Below are positions 11,561-23,994 of a stretch of DNA of 64,000 bases, piece after piece. This stretch comes from Glaucostegus cemiculus (lineage: Eukaryota). A program made the translations under genes and the position numbers. The notes under the pieces were generated by a model, which searched no databases, was not told the DNA's origin, and saw only the letters and a list, made by a program, of their open reading frames with translations. Positions within the stretch are counted from its first letter, which is position 1; the number at the start of each line of letters is the position of its first letter. Location of the stretch: positions 11,160,001 to 11,224,000 of the forward strand of contig CDPCPM010000050.1 in NCBI GenBank assembly GCA_976551045.1. Reading direction: 5' to 3'.

Positions 11561-12269
11561 TGTGCTCACAGTTCCACTGTGGATTAAATCTTTTGTCCCT
11601 CAGTATGGAGATTGGATGACTGCCTGAATGCAAAAGTGCACAGCAGCCTAGAATGATCCTGAGGCCAGGAAGCTGGAAAAGACTATGGCCTAGACCATCA
11701 TGGGCCAAGCAGTCAGATGTAGGTAGGAGGTCACAGATCTCTGGGAAGCTGAAGTTTGATGCTGGCCCTATAAATAGCATGGTTTCAGAGGAAATAATTT
11801 TACTACACTGTTCTTCCAGAAATGAACAAAATCGTTTGGATCACTGAGGCTGAAAATTATGACGACAACCAGTCTTGGGCTTTGCATTAGATCTAATGTC
11901 ATTTGTCAGTTTTCCAGTGGAAAGTGATGCCGGGGAAAGGAAAATCCTTCCAGAAAGTTAGCTGTCAAATTCCCCAAGGCATTGAAGATCCATAGAAATG
12001 GATGCAGTGTTGCTCTATTTCATGTTAAGCCAATTTTCAACTGCAGCGCAGCATTTTGTCAGAGGTGTGCAAAGGAATTTTTGCACCTGTGAGACTTGCT
12101 CAAGTTGTATAAAATTATTGAGGTTGATGTGGAAGAACTCAAGCAGGTCTCCACCCACTGACACACATATGTGACATTCACCTTTTGTGTTCTGATACTT
12201 AGCTCCCTGATTCTCCATCGTACGCTGCTGAGGTCCTGGTGAAGAGAATGACTCACACTAATAGAGCAC

Positions 12270-12430
12270 ATTTCATGACTTCCGAAAGGCGTGAAGCATC
12301 TTAGCCAATTATAAGGTACCCATTCCTGTAAAGCAGGAAACACTGTGGCCAGTAGGTTTACAGAGAACTCCCACAAACAGCAATGGGATCGTCATCAGAT
12401 AAGTTGCTTTTCACTGATATTGATATGAAA
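12270..12430 (-). mobile_element. Deu-domain (SacSINE1-like) SINE 3' fragment
   Basis: 'aggaaacactgtggccagt...ctcccacaaacagcaatg...cagataa...ctgatattgat' is homologous to 45465-45545. Confidence 0.5.
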
Positions 12431-12544
12431 CTCCAGGCATGTTTCTGATCTGTTTTATAGGAATTATTTAGAAAACTGCCCTCTTCCTGCTTATCATGTA
12501 ACAACAAAATTGTAACATTTAATCTAGTAACAACAAAATTGATT

Positions 12545-13100
12545 GGAGACACAAGAGACTGAAGATGCTGAAATCTCTAGCAAAAGACAAACTGCTGGAA
12601 GAACTCAGTGAGTTGAGCAGCACATGTGGAGGCAAAGGGATGACTGACATTTCAGGTCCAGACCCAGTATCAGGACTGCAAGTGCAGAGAGAAGATAAGC
12701 AGTAGAGAGAAGTAAGAGGGCGAGGCGAGACAGAGGCTGGTAGGTGATAGGTGGAACCAGATGAGGGGTTGGATGATGGACAGATGGAACTAGGTGGGGG
12801 AGGGGAGGAGAGTGTTGAGACAGAGGCTGATAGGTAATAGGTGGAACAAGATAAGGGAGGGATGATGGGCTGATGGAATGATGGATGATGGGGATGGGAT
12901 AGGAAAGGTGAGCCAAGGGAGAAGAAATCCAGGTAGATAGGTATGTGGTTGATGGGCAGATGGAACCAGGTGGAGAAGGATGATGAATCTGGGTAAGTAG
13001 GGGACAGGGAGGAATGGAACAGGTAAACAAAGGGCGAGAGACACTGAATGGACTGGTGGGAGCGGAAATGAACACAAGAAGTGGGTTACTTGAAATTGGA
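12545..13100 (-). mobile_element. Penelope-like element 3' UTR / pseudo-LTR
   Basis: 'gagacacaagagactgaagatgctg...ctggaagaactcag' plus purine-rich repeats (ggtggaaccag...) and ORF end 'gggttacttgaaattg', all homologous to 41408-41940. Confidence 0.8.
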
Positions 13101-13499
13101 TTACAAAGCAAGGTTGGTTCAATAGGAAGTTCAATGAGTGACTCTTGTTGACTTTATAAATTTGCTAATTATGAATTTTTTTCTTTGTACTTATTGAAAA
13201 TTCTGTAATCAGTTTGTAGGAGCATTGCCCCAAGCCTCCCATCAATTCCTTGTCTTCAACTGGCAATGTTTATCTTTCTGTGAGACTAACACTGAACTAG
13301 AAGTGATTTATAGACAATTAAATTATGGTTCTGATGTACATGTGCAAGGTTAGGTAATCAAGCTTGATGAGACCTTTAGGGGTATAATTGGAGTGTAAAG
13401 TAATTATCTAAAACTGATTACACACCGGTGCCATTTGACTTCAGATTGAGGGCGACCACTGTACATGATTAATTGTAACATTTAATCTAGTTATTTTAC

Positions 13500-13575
13500 C
13501 CTGATATAAAAACAGAAAATGCTGGAAATATTCAGCAGGTCAGATGTTATGTCTGGAGAAGGGGAAAAAAAAACA
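13500..13575 (-). mobile_element. Penelope-like terminal fragment
   Basis: 'aaaacagaaaatgctggaaatattcagcaggtcag'. Confidence 0.65.
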
Positions 13576-13993
13576 GAAAATAGACTGAACCCTGGTGCCA
13601 GAGTTACAAACCAGAGCAGGATTGGGCTGAAAATCCATTGTTCCAAATTATTGCTGAATTTAAAAAATTATGAATTATGGACAATTGCAATACTCTTGCC
13701 TGCAGCACAGTCATGGATAGCTGATGAAGACTTTTTTTAATGCTAATTAAAGATTATAGTAAATGGTTACTCATTGAATACACTACATATGCAATAAATT
13801 TGACAAATGATAATACATATAATTTTTTTTCCTTGGATTACCAACATAGTTGCATCTCAAACAATTCTGCATTGTTTAAAAGTGTTGAAAATTTGATCTT
13901 TACATTTGTTCCACAATGAGATCAAATTAGGAAAAGGCTGATCTTGACTGGCTGAACAAAATGTTCCAGTTTGCTTATAAGCTAATCAAACAA

Positions 13994-14248
13994 TAGCGTA
14001 GCGGTTAGCGCGATGCTGTTACAGCGCCAGCAATTGGGGTTCGATTCCCGTCGCTTTCTGTAAGGAGTTTGTACGTTCTCCAGTGTCTGCGTGGGTTTCC
14101 TCCAGGTGCGCCAGTTTCCTTCCACATTTTAAAAGACGTACGGGTAGGTTAATTTGGGGGGTTTAAAATGGGCGGCGCGGACTCATTGGGCTGAAAGGGC
14201 CTGTTACCACGCTGTAACTGTAAAAAAAGTAAAAAAATAAAAAAAAAT
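13994..14248 (+). mobile_element. Young V-SINE (HE1-like), near full length
   Basis: A box 'tagcgtagcggttagc', B box 'ggttcgattccc', V domain 'gcgtgggtttcctccaggtgcgccagtttcc', CR1-like tail and A-rich end; CpG-rich. Confidence 0.92.
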
Positions 14249-16136
14249 ATGGAGTTCCAGTGATGTGGGGCCACAGTTCCAAAATGGAACGTGGATAATG
14301 TTAAGTGGAGAAAATGAAAATAAATATGATTGATTTGTCAAAATAAAACCTGGGACAACAGAAGACAAGCGGAATAGCTATGATTTCATTTAAATTAGGA
14401 ATATGATAAAAGTGGAACAATGATTGATGGGAGACAGAGTAGAATTTAGGAAAATATTGTCCTACCTCCCAAAAGCAAAAACCTCTAAGAATCAGGGGAT
14501 AGACAAAGGGAGAAAGAGCCAGGAAGAGCTAAACTGATCACTCACTTACATCTGCACACACTTCTTTTCTGATTATTTGGGAACAGAACAGTATTGTATT
14601 GACTGGGAATAAATTAGAGGGTTATCCTGAAATTTTGCATTGAATTAAGGAGTCCAAACCTCATAATGTAACAGCAACCTTAAATTAGACGAACTTACAG
14701 ACCATTACAAGATATTCCCCAATTAAATCTCACAAACAGGAAACAGAATGACCAGCTAAATTGTTTAAACCAAGGGAATGATAGGTCAGGGAGACTCTTG
14801 CCCTCTGGCCAGGTTTAACGAAGGAGAGTAAAGCGTGAGATCAAAGTCAGTCTTGCTGTTTAACCTACTGTACACAATATTGATAGAGGTAAGACAGCTC
14901 CAAAACAAATGATTCATATAAGACATATTAAATTTTGTGCTGTTGCCCTGCACCAGGTATGTATTTTGTATGAAGCCTGTTTTAATTTACAGGCGACCTC
15001 CATGTTATGGTTATTCGAGTAATAGAAATTCACACTCACAAAATTCATAAATCTTTGAAATACAGAATAAACTCCATTTGTGTGGAATTTATGTGAAAAA
15101 AGTATATAAATGAGTACAATTTCCTTTTTCAAGTCATGGGTTTTGATGCATGCATTGATGATGCAGTTTTGCACTACAGAAAATTATGATACTGACAGTT
15201 TTCTAGGAACTTAAACACCCATTCCTCCCCCTCACCCCATAATGCAGGGGTTGCCTCAACTTTTTATTTTGCAATAAATAAAAACAATGTTGTATCCTGG
15301 ATAAGCCCAGGAAAGCCCTCCACCCTTCCCCATCCCTGACTGGAGGCAGGGTTTAAAGGGTTTCCTGAATATAGCATTCTGAAGTTGTCCAACTGCCAAA
15401 GATCAGTGGCTTCTTTGCTCAATCACTTTTGCTACATAATTTTGAGACTGCTGACCAGACCAGCTGAGATGAGGTGATACCAGAATCTTTGACTTGAGAG
15501 AAAAGTTGAAAGTTTTAGCCTAGTTGGTCTTGTCTGAATGTTCTTGTTTCACTAATGGGAGGAACATGTATTCCACAGTTGTGCAAGGCAATGAGTTATA
15601 TTAACAATAGCATTCTGAATGGTAGAACAGAAGCTATAAGGTAGAAATTACTTTTCTGGTGACGCAATGTATCCATCTCAAAACCAGCATCTCAAAACTT
15701 GTTCTGTGGGAACTAAGGCTTTCTAACACTTCTCACTTATTATAAAGGCAGGTGACTAGTTTTGCTTCATCAAATAACTTTATTAAGGTTGTATATTACA
15801 AATATTCTCAACATTATTTCAGATCTCTTAAACAATTCTACTGTTACATCGTAGTTGCTATCAAAAAATATTAATCAGATAGTCAGTCCTGGCAAATGTA
15901 TTTGGTGAATTTCAACTGACCAGTCTGAGAAGCTCTCCAACTGCTGTCCCAGTGTTCTACCTCCTGCTCTTTATTCTCACTGCTGATTGGTGTGAGAGCC
16001 TAATCAGCATCAAGACCTGTCCATGACTGGCTGCCAAAGCTGTGCTCTCCTTAGTCACTAGACATTGCTGCCATCTTGTTTCATTGTTACCTCTGCTAGC
16101 TTCTGATGTTATCAGTTTATTCTACATGATGTACAT

Positions 16137-16712
16137 TGTGGGGTCTTGGCCTTGGGCTGCACGGCCACGGTTAGGCAGAGGGAAGCCGCTCCCCTTTGTT
16201 TACTGTGCCATAGGACGTCCGCCCTGGCCCCAAGGCTGCGCGGGTCACTGAAATCTTCGCCTGCTAGGAGGAGGTGAATGTCCCTCTGGCAGTTGCTCGA
16301 GGAACAACTGCTTGAATAGGAAACATGGCTTGTGGCCATCCATGAGCGCCAGCATCTCATTCACCAGCTCGGATGGCTTGCGGTCACCCAGGCCGTCCAT
16401 GTGCAGGAGTCGCGTAGCCTGCTCGCATCGGGAGAGGCCATAAGTGTGGATGAGGATTGCCTTGATCTTAGCGTACCTGTCCTCCGTCGGTGGTTGGTGC
16501 AGGAGATGGATGATCTGGCCAGCCGTGTAATAGTTGAGCACACTGACCAAGTAGTAATACCACGTGGCATAGGCTATAATGCCTCTGGTGCTGAACTGGG
16601 CCTCGGCCTGTTCAAACCAATCCTGGGGCTGCGCAGCCCAGAAAGTTGGGAGCTTGAACGAGACGGCATTGTGTGAGTCGTTCGTATTCATGAGGAGGGT
16701 TCCAGATGACAT
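16137..16712 (-). pseudogene. Gypsy gag, one +1 frameshift at ~16283, 3'-truncated
   Basis: AVSFKLPTFWAAQPQDWFEQAEAQF...LGDRKPSELVNEMLAL...FLEQLPE, continuing in another frame as DIHLLLAGEDFSDPRSLGARADVLW; typical Gypsy gag N-terminal domain. Confidence 0.88.
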
Positions 16713-16719
16713 CTGGAAG

Positions 16720-16733
16720 CGCCGGGGTCACCA
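16720..16733 (-). promoter_or_regulatory. Primer-binding site complementary to tRNA-Trp
   Basis: TGGTGACCCCGGCG, 2 nt after the LTR; vertebrate tRNA-Trp ends ...CGTCGGGGTCACCA (13/14 match). Confidence 0.85.
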
Positions 16734-16735
16734 AA

Positions 16736-16966
16736 TGTAGCCGACTGCAGTGCGTGGTCAGGAAGGAAAAAACAGAGATGTGGCGGCTGGGTTGGAGCAC
16801 ACTTTACTGAGAGAGTCAAAACCGTGCGTGTGCGCAAAAGTACCCGAGAGCCTCTCCGGTGGACGTGACGTAGGGTCCATGCTGGAAGGCCCGCAGCACG
16901 ATATCCTGTGATGCGCTCCTGCGCATTCGCCTGCAGCCGCTGATGGCAATTCGAGTTGCCGCTACA
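16736..16966 (-). repeat. LTR, 231 bp
   Basis: Terminal inverted repeats TGTAGC...GCTACA; AGTAAA polyA-like signal on the minus strand (16803-16808); abuts the PBS. Confidence 0.88.
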
Positions 16967-17871
16967 ATGGCAAGGTTTCTCAATCTATTGTATCTTTGTG
17001 GATTGTAATTTGCCCTTCTGTTGTCACAAGACAGATCAGAGCAATCCAATTAGTTTTGATAGTTTTCCATAGCTGTTCCAATACTTTAAGGGTTTTTCTT
17101 CCCATTTTGGGGTAATGCTAGTTACAACTGATTACAACCTAAACATTTCAAACATGTTACAGACTAAAACCCTGCACGTTGCCTTTTTGCACTATCCACA
17201 CATTTACATTTATAGGTGATTTACTATCATCTATTTTTCATAAGATTTATTAATGTCACTGACATATCAGTATGAGAAAAATATATATGGGTAGGTGTAG
17301 TAGGGAACTCTTATACATTGTGATGTAATACTAACTGCATTCCCAATTCCAACTCGTAGATCTTCCCATTTCTTTTTTTCCTGACTGCCCTAGTGGGATC
17401 ATTTCAATGTCATTCCTAAACCAAAACTGGTCCTTTTTAAATTTTCTACCTCTTGTATCACAGCCAATAAATTATTTCCAGTCACCTCCCAGCTGCAGAG
17501 GTTACAACTAGTGGTCATATCACATCCACCCTCTCCCTTAATTATCTGAGAGTCTGGTTAAGTAACATAATTCATAACCAGAACTTAGTTCACAGTCATT
17601 GCTAATTGGACACTGTTGATGAGCAGTCAGTCCTGTCATAGTTCATGATGCATTCATTTCTACTTTCAACCTGAATGGAGGGTTATATTATTTACTCAGT
17701 CACAGGTTCAACGGATAAACATAATACCTCTCCATTCTCTTTGTTGTCATTATTTTAATGTTTGGTTGTCAATTCCAGTTGTGCATTTGGGCATCCTTCG
17801 TGATTAAAGTTCATTTTCCATAAGCCTCAGAAAACATTGCCAATGTCTCTAGACTCTGGTCTCTCACACTT

Positions 17872-18031
17872 NNNNNNNNNNNNNNNNNNNNNNNNNNNNN
17901 NNNNNNNNNNNNNNNNNNNNNNNNNNNNNNNNNNNNNNNNNNNNNNNNNNNNNNNNNNNNNNNNNNNNNNNNNNNNNNNNNNNNNNNNNNNNNNNNNNNN
18001 NNNNNNNNNNNNNNNNNNNNNNNNNNNNNNN
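17872..18031. other. Assembly gap (160 N)
   Basis: Run of n. Confidence 1.
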
Positions 18032-20597
18032 TTTCTAAGGAAACAAGTAACTTAACACCAATTATTCACATCATCTCCCTTGAGATTTAGGAATGGAAAG
18101 TCTTCTGATGCCCAGATAGGGTTTTGACTGCCATGGAACTTTGGATTTTTCCATTTTTTCCACTTTCCAGAGGTTGGACATCAGTGCCCTGTGCTTATTC
18201 ACTACTTGGCCTCCTACCAGCATCTCCATGGTACTGCACTGCCTATTTTATCACTGAATCACTTCATTAATGTAGCCATGGCCTGCACTGGGGTTCACTT
18301 CTGTATCTGATGGAGGGTATTTCTCCTTTGTCTGTAGCTGTGGACAATCTCTTGAACACCTTGGCTCCTGAAGCAAATAGAATTAACTTCTTTTGCTCAT
18401 CCTCAGGCTATGGCACCTCAAACTCACTCTGAAGTGACACTCCACCCCTACTCTTTGACCTAATTGGGCCCCAGACTGACTTACAATGCTGATAGGTTCC
18501 TGGATGGTGAGGTGGCTCAATTTCCATTCAATCACATCTGCTCCATCCATCAGATCACCAACTAGAGGTTCCCAATTATTGCAGCCATTCCTTGATGTGC
18601 AAAAAGCATATGCTGCTGAAAAAATTCATCAAGCAAAATTTCAAAAACTGAAAAGGCTGGGCATACTGATACAGTGTATTTCGATTGTCAGAGAGTGACA
18701 TATTTTCTATCTTAGTGAAAAATAGTTTTGTAAATTGAAGATGCCTACCAGAAACGTCAATGGCATTATAACAAAAATTTGTCAAACCAATCTTTGTAAA
18801 TTAAGGACCTACTGTATTCACTGCCATGTAACTACACCTCTGGGTACCTGTGAGCATCAATAAGCCTCACTCCCTTCTCTTGCTGGACAAGCCCTTCCAG
18901 TTCTATGATTTACCTTTTACACTCTGTGTGATCCCTACATTCATTCTCCTGGTTCTGCAAAATACTTAAGGGTTTACATCATCCCTTTCCTTCCTTCCTC
19001 TCCTGCTTCATAGAACCCTCCAATTCTTCAATAACATGTTTGGGGCAGAACTCTACCTATGCATTTCCCTCTTCTGCGTTGATTTCCCCTGCATTATTCA
19101 TCACCTACTCAGAAATCAACTCATTTCATTTCAAAGCACTCAAGGCATCAGTATTTGCCTTGAAATGCAAAATCATACCGCAGTCAACTAAAATTATTGG
19201 AACACAGTCTTTCTGGCCCTTTCTCCCTTTATAGAACTTTGATTTTACAATTACAACAAGAAAGATAATTAAGATTCAAGTAGCTTCATTTAGATTGTGT
19301 GTTACACCTCCTACAAATAATACCTTCACCACTATTACAAATCTCTTAAAACTATTGTTACAGTTCCCCAAATTTGTTACAAACATTCCTTGGATGGTCA
19401 GTGTGGGCTAAATGTACATAACACAGTATCTTCTGTCCATATTGACCATCTGTGTTGAACTGACCTGATTGCAACTGCAGAGCCAATATTCCTACCCTCC
19501 TCGCTTTATCCTCATGGTGCACTGACGTGGGTGCATGATCAGTCTTACGACCATTTCCTGACTAATCATCTTTGTGCTGTTCTCCTTATTGATTGACCTT
19601 CTATATACCATGCTTCTTTGATGTCATCTTGCCAGTTCTTAGCTTCTGGCATAGGAGCTGAGGACAATGTGTCAACGTCTCTTCATCTATTGTTCTCTTG
19701 TAAACTGTAAACTGTCATAATTCAGAATAGTCCAAGGTTCTCATCTAATAGTTTTCCACAGCAATACTGTCACTGACTTTGTCCTTATTTGGGGGATTAG
19801 AAGGATAATTCTACAATCTGCAGACTTCTATTAAACATATTATTTTAATACCCCTTTGATCCCTGGCGCTGGGAACATGTAAGCTAAAGTTTGGCTTCCG
19901 CTTGAAATAATTAAATATACTCTCAAAATTGCCATTCCATCAAAGTACAATTCTCTGTATCAACATACAGTGATCACCAACCATTTGATTCTACTACAAG
20001 CTGCCCTTGAAAGAGAACGCCCATCCTCAAAGGACTTCCTTTACAGATTAACTGAGCATTCCACCACCAAATGAAAATGCATTTGAAACAATGTACAATA
20101 ACGGTAAGGTACCTTTTTCACTCTAAACATTTCAAATTCCTTTCCTTTGAGGCAGAAGAAACAGCTTACAGGCATATTCTTTAAGTTCAATATCTTGCCC
20201 ATTGTGATCAGTGAGTAAAGCCATGCAAAGGTTGGCTTGCTTTAAATAAACCTCTTATTCTGTAAGTAGCAGAAAACGTTAATTGGTTTACCAGAGACTT
20301 AAATTAAGAGTGGTTTTCTTGATAAATGATAACTTTTCAGGAATAACTTGCAAGAATATATGGCTTTGAAACAAGCAATTTTTCTCAGAAAGTAATTTTG
20401 TAAGCAGGTCATTACTTACAGGAGAAAAACAGGCATTGTGTATTATTCATTTAAGAGAATTTTACCCAGAATCATTCGTTAATCAAAGTTTCTAAAATTT
20501 AAAACTTCTAACCCTACTGTTGTACTTTGATTTAAATACAGTTTCAGCTGGTGATGGAATGGTAGATTAATCTGTAAGTTCAGTCCCTTGACTTGAA

Positions 20598-20885
20598 ATC
20601 ATTCTATGTAATGACATAAGAAACAGGAGCAGGAGTAGACCAAATGTCTCCTCCAGTCTGTTCCACCATTCAGTAAAATCATGGCTGATCTGACCTTGGC
20701 CTCAACTCCACTTTCCTGCTTGTTATTGATAACCTTTGGTTTACTGACAGTCCAGAAACCTGTCTCTCCCAACCTCAAATGTACTTCATGATTCTGCATC
20801 CATAGCTCTAAGGAACAGATAATTCCAAAGCTTCTCAACTTCTGAGAGAAGTTCCTCCTTAATTCAGTTTCAAATGGGCCTGTCC
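20598..20885 (-). mobile_element. CR1 LINE 3' end
   Basis: 'cataagaaacaggagcaggagtagacca...ccaccattcagtaaaatcatggctgatctg'. Confidence 0.85.
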
Positions 20886-21619
20886 ATATGAATTTCCTCT
20901 GTTACTGTTTGAAAAAAGATAAACTGTCTAAACTTAACAGGCCTCATTCTTTTGGTAAATTAATGAACAAAAATATTCCATGCAAAAAGGTTAACAATCT
21001 TAGAATATACATCACTCGTGGGATTTCTTTGAAGGTTTGATGTGGATTGGCACTCCCCACGACAAGAGTGATGACTGCTCCATATTCTAAGTTTGTGAGC
21101 AATTCCATTTGTGAGCAATCTGTCCAGAGAGTTACTATCCTTGTATAAAAAGGCCTTACATTTGCTTTGACTTCTTTGCCATCATGTGAATCTAGTAACT
21201 GGGGACTTGTTTTTTTTCCCCCCCAAAATCAACACAGATGATGCATAGAAAAATGCTGCAGCTCATACTGATGCACTGACCCTGCTAAGTGTAAGTACAA
21301 ATTACCCAATTGAACAAATCAAATTGATAATGATAACCTCAAGGACAAGTTTAGGGAATGTATTTGGGAACATGCATTTAATTAGGGAGCATGCAATTTC
21401 AGATCTGGTATTGTGTTGTGGGACATTTCATAATAAAGGATCACCCATGATAATAGAATCATAGTATGGTAGAATTTCAAGTTCATATGGAGGTTGGGGA
21501 ACTTAGTTTGAATGTAGTATCCTCAACTTAATTGAAAGCAACTACAGAGGTATGAGATAAAACCAGAGAATGTTTGAAGCACTTGGCAGATCAGGCAGCA
21601 TCTGTGAATTGATTTAGCT

Positions 21620-21955
21620 AAAGACCGAGTTCTGTGATGGTGGGGATATCATGAGGAGGCCAAGATGGTTGATCCAACTGGTACTTCTGTCTAAATGTGG
21701 TTGCAAATGTTTCACCCTTGTCCTTTGCACTCATGATGAGCCCCATCTTCATGTTGAAGATAAGCATGTTCTTGGAGCCTCCTTCTCCCATTAGCTGTTT
21801 AATCACATTCATGACTAGATTTTGCAGGACTGCAGAACTTTGATCTGATCCATTAGTTGAGGGATCACTTATCTCCAACAATTGCATGTTGTCTTTGCTA
21901 TTTAGGACTTATACAGTATTATGTAGCAGCTTCAACAGGTTTAGACCTCACTACA
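21620..21955 (-). mobile_element. LINE ORF2 fragment (shark CR1-superfamily type)
   Basis: IKQLMGEGGSKNMLIF...SAKDKGETFATTFRQKYQLDQPSWPPHDIPTIT resembles the LINE inter-domain segment 'SAKDKAEAFATIFSQK'. Flanked by a Penelope terminal scrap (~21540-21608) and a tRNA-like SINE head on the minus strand (~21960-22155). Confidence 0.7.
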
Positions 21956-22869
21956 GATCAATAGACTTCCACCTTCGAAAGGCATGAGTGAGGCAAATGG
22001 ATTGTTATAACAATCCAATAACGTTATGGCCATTTGACTAATGCCAATTTTTTTAAATTCCAAACAGCAGCTGCCATGGTAGGACTTAAGCTTGGGTTTC
22101 TAAATTGTTAGTCCTCTGAATTATTAGTCTGGTAACTGAACCACTTCTCTACAATTATACCATCTTCAAAAATCCAACAAAAAGCTTACCAGCACCCAGC
22201 CTTGAAAGTGTTCATGCATTTTTGTCATTTCACATGAAGAGAACCGAATTTCCTGGACACTGCCAACAAAGATAGTAGGGCCTAGAGATGGCGAAGAATG
22301 AGATCGTTCACTCGCCACATTTGGCTGAACTACAACCTTTCCTCTTGTAGTTATGTGGCAGGCCCCACCGTGGCTAAGGATAGAAACATTCTTGGAATGT
22401 TCTTTCTTGCATCACAACCTGACTGCTTGTCATTACTTTCAATAGGTTACAGAGTTTTGTCCTTATGTGTTGGTTTGGGATTTGTACTCCTCTGAGGAAC
22501 AATATATCAGGGGAAAGATAAATATGTTCCATTGCTGAGTCAAAGCTTTAGCCAATACTGGTGTAAGTACTTTGTATGGAAATTGTTTTCCATTAATCAG
22601 AGGCAATAAAAATGTATAAAAACCAAGATAGCAATCTACAAATTCCTTTCCAACTTTTTATGGTGGTGAAACAGAGTTACATGTCACCCTAACATTGTTT
22701 TTCTAAGTCCCATAGGCATGGCAACCTTCTAATCCAAGATTTATAGAGCAGCTGTGAAAGTCCCTGCATGCCGTGGGACAATTAATCTATTGCAAGATCG
22801 CATGGCTCCCAGCGCTTCATCTCAGAGCTGTGCACCAGGAAACTAACTCTTAAAGGGCACAGTCTCAGC

Positions 22870-23420
22870 AGCATCTTCAAGCTGCTTCAAGAATAGATGC
22901 TACAGTGATGGGAGAAGGAAGGTAAAATGCTCCCAGGGCATGGTAGGATCTAGTCAGGCTGTAGGAGGCATGTTCTTTGTGTAATGGGGATACAGAGACC
23001 CTTGAAGGCTACAGCCAGGTGATCCAGGCATGAGTTTGCCAAGAAGCTCAAATGTAAGGAGTAATGCTCCATGAATCCAGTCATTGAATACCTGTACTCT
23101 GGATACCTGCACTCTGGAGAAGCCTACAATAGTGGAAAATTCCTTCCCCTTGGCTTATGCGTGCTGAAGGAAAAATAGTGGATTTCTCTTCTTGAAAATG
23201 GAGCTTGAGTAATAAGCAGCAAACTGTCAATGTGGCAGAGATCGACAGCAGCTGCCTAAAATGACCCTCAAGTAAGGAAACTGAGAATGCTGTGGTTATG
23301 ATCTCCATGGCTAAAGTACTCCAGACGTGTGTGTGAGGTTGTATCTGAGATTGTAGGAGAGGTCACGGTTTTCTTGGTAAAGCCTGACCTGCATTGACAT
23401 TTCTCCTCAGAAGAGTTTAG
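22870..23420 (-). mobile_element. Harbinger/PIF transposase-derived relic (copy 2)
   Basis: Minus-strand motifs in HARBI1 order: LNSSEEKCQCRSGFTKKTVT; LSFLT*GSF*AAAVDLCHI; QFAAY; FSTIVGFSRVQ(VSRVQ)VFNDWIHGAL. Contains stops, frameshifts and a 15-bp tandem duplication. Confidence 0.75.
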
Positions 23421-23454
23421 CTATGAGCATGGATCCCTGCATATTCTGGATGGG

Positions 23455-23955
23455 AATGGTGTACAAACTGGTATACAAAATTATGAGAGGCATGGATAAG
23501 AAACTCTTTCCCATGGCAGTGCCATCTAAGACCAGATGGCATAGATTTAAGGTGAGGAGAATGTGGTTTAGAACATTTTTTCACCTAAAGAATAGTCGCA
23601 ACCTGGAAATAGTAGGCNNNNNNNNNNNNNNNNNNNNNNNNNNNNNNNNNNNNNNNNNNNNNNNNNNNNNNNNNNNNNNNNNNNNNNNNNNNNNNNNNNN
23701 NNNNNNNNNNNNNNNNNNNNNNNNNNNNNNNNNNNNNNNNNNNNNNNNNNNNNNNNNNNNNNNNNNNNNNNNNNNNNNNNNNNNNNNNNNNNNNNNNNNN
23801 NNNNNNNNNNNNNNNNNNNNNNNNNNNNNNNNNNNNNNNNNNNNNNNNNNNNNNNNNNNNNNNNNNNNNNNNNNNNNNNNNNNNNNNNNNNNNNNNNNNN
23901 NNNNNNNNNNNNNNAGGGGCCTGTTTTACTGCTGTATGACTCTCTGATTCTATGA
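23455..23955 (+). mobile_element. CR1 3' portion spanning a gap
   Basis: VYKIMRGMD...LFPMAVPSKTRWHRFKVR before the gap; tail 'gggcctgttttactgctgtatgactctctgattctatga' after it. Confidence 0.85.
23618..23914. other. Assembly gap (297 N)
   Basis: Run of n. Confidence 1.
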
Positions 23956-23994
23956 AAAGATTCTGGCACACTGAAAAGGCACAAATATTTGTGA

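Larger units (their letters stand above)
16137..16966 (-). mobile_element. Truncated Gypsy LTR retrotransposon (5' LTR + PBS + partial gag)
   Basis: GC/CpG-rich block in AT-rich DNA containing a TG...CA LTR, a PBS and a gag-like ORF. Confidence 0.9.

Noticed and set aside
12605-13134. 168-aa and 114-aa Pro/Ser/His-rich ORFs (also 41409..41750)
   Set aside because: They are translations of the pyrimidine-rich low-complexity 3' UTR of Penelope elements.
13994-14060. tRNA-like A/B boxes (also near 49850-49924, 42694 and 47270)
   Set aside because: These are SINE heads running into a V domain, with no full cloverleaf.
16134-16969. cattgt...acaatg at the two ends of the Gypsy fragment as a TSD
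   Set aside because: The motifs are inverted rather than direct and overlap the LTR end, so this is likely chance.
21238-21290. Plus-strand exon-like segment (acag...gtaagt)
   Set aside because: Stops in all three frames and no supporting neighbours; a non-coding exon cannot be excluded.
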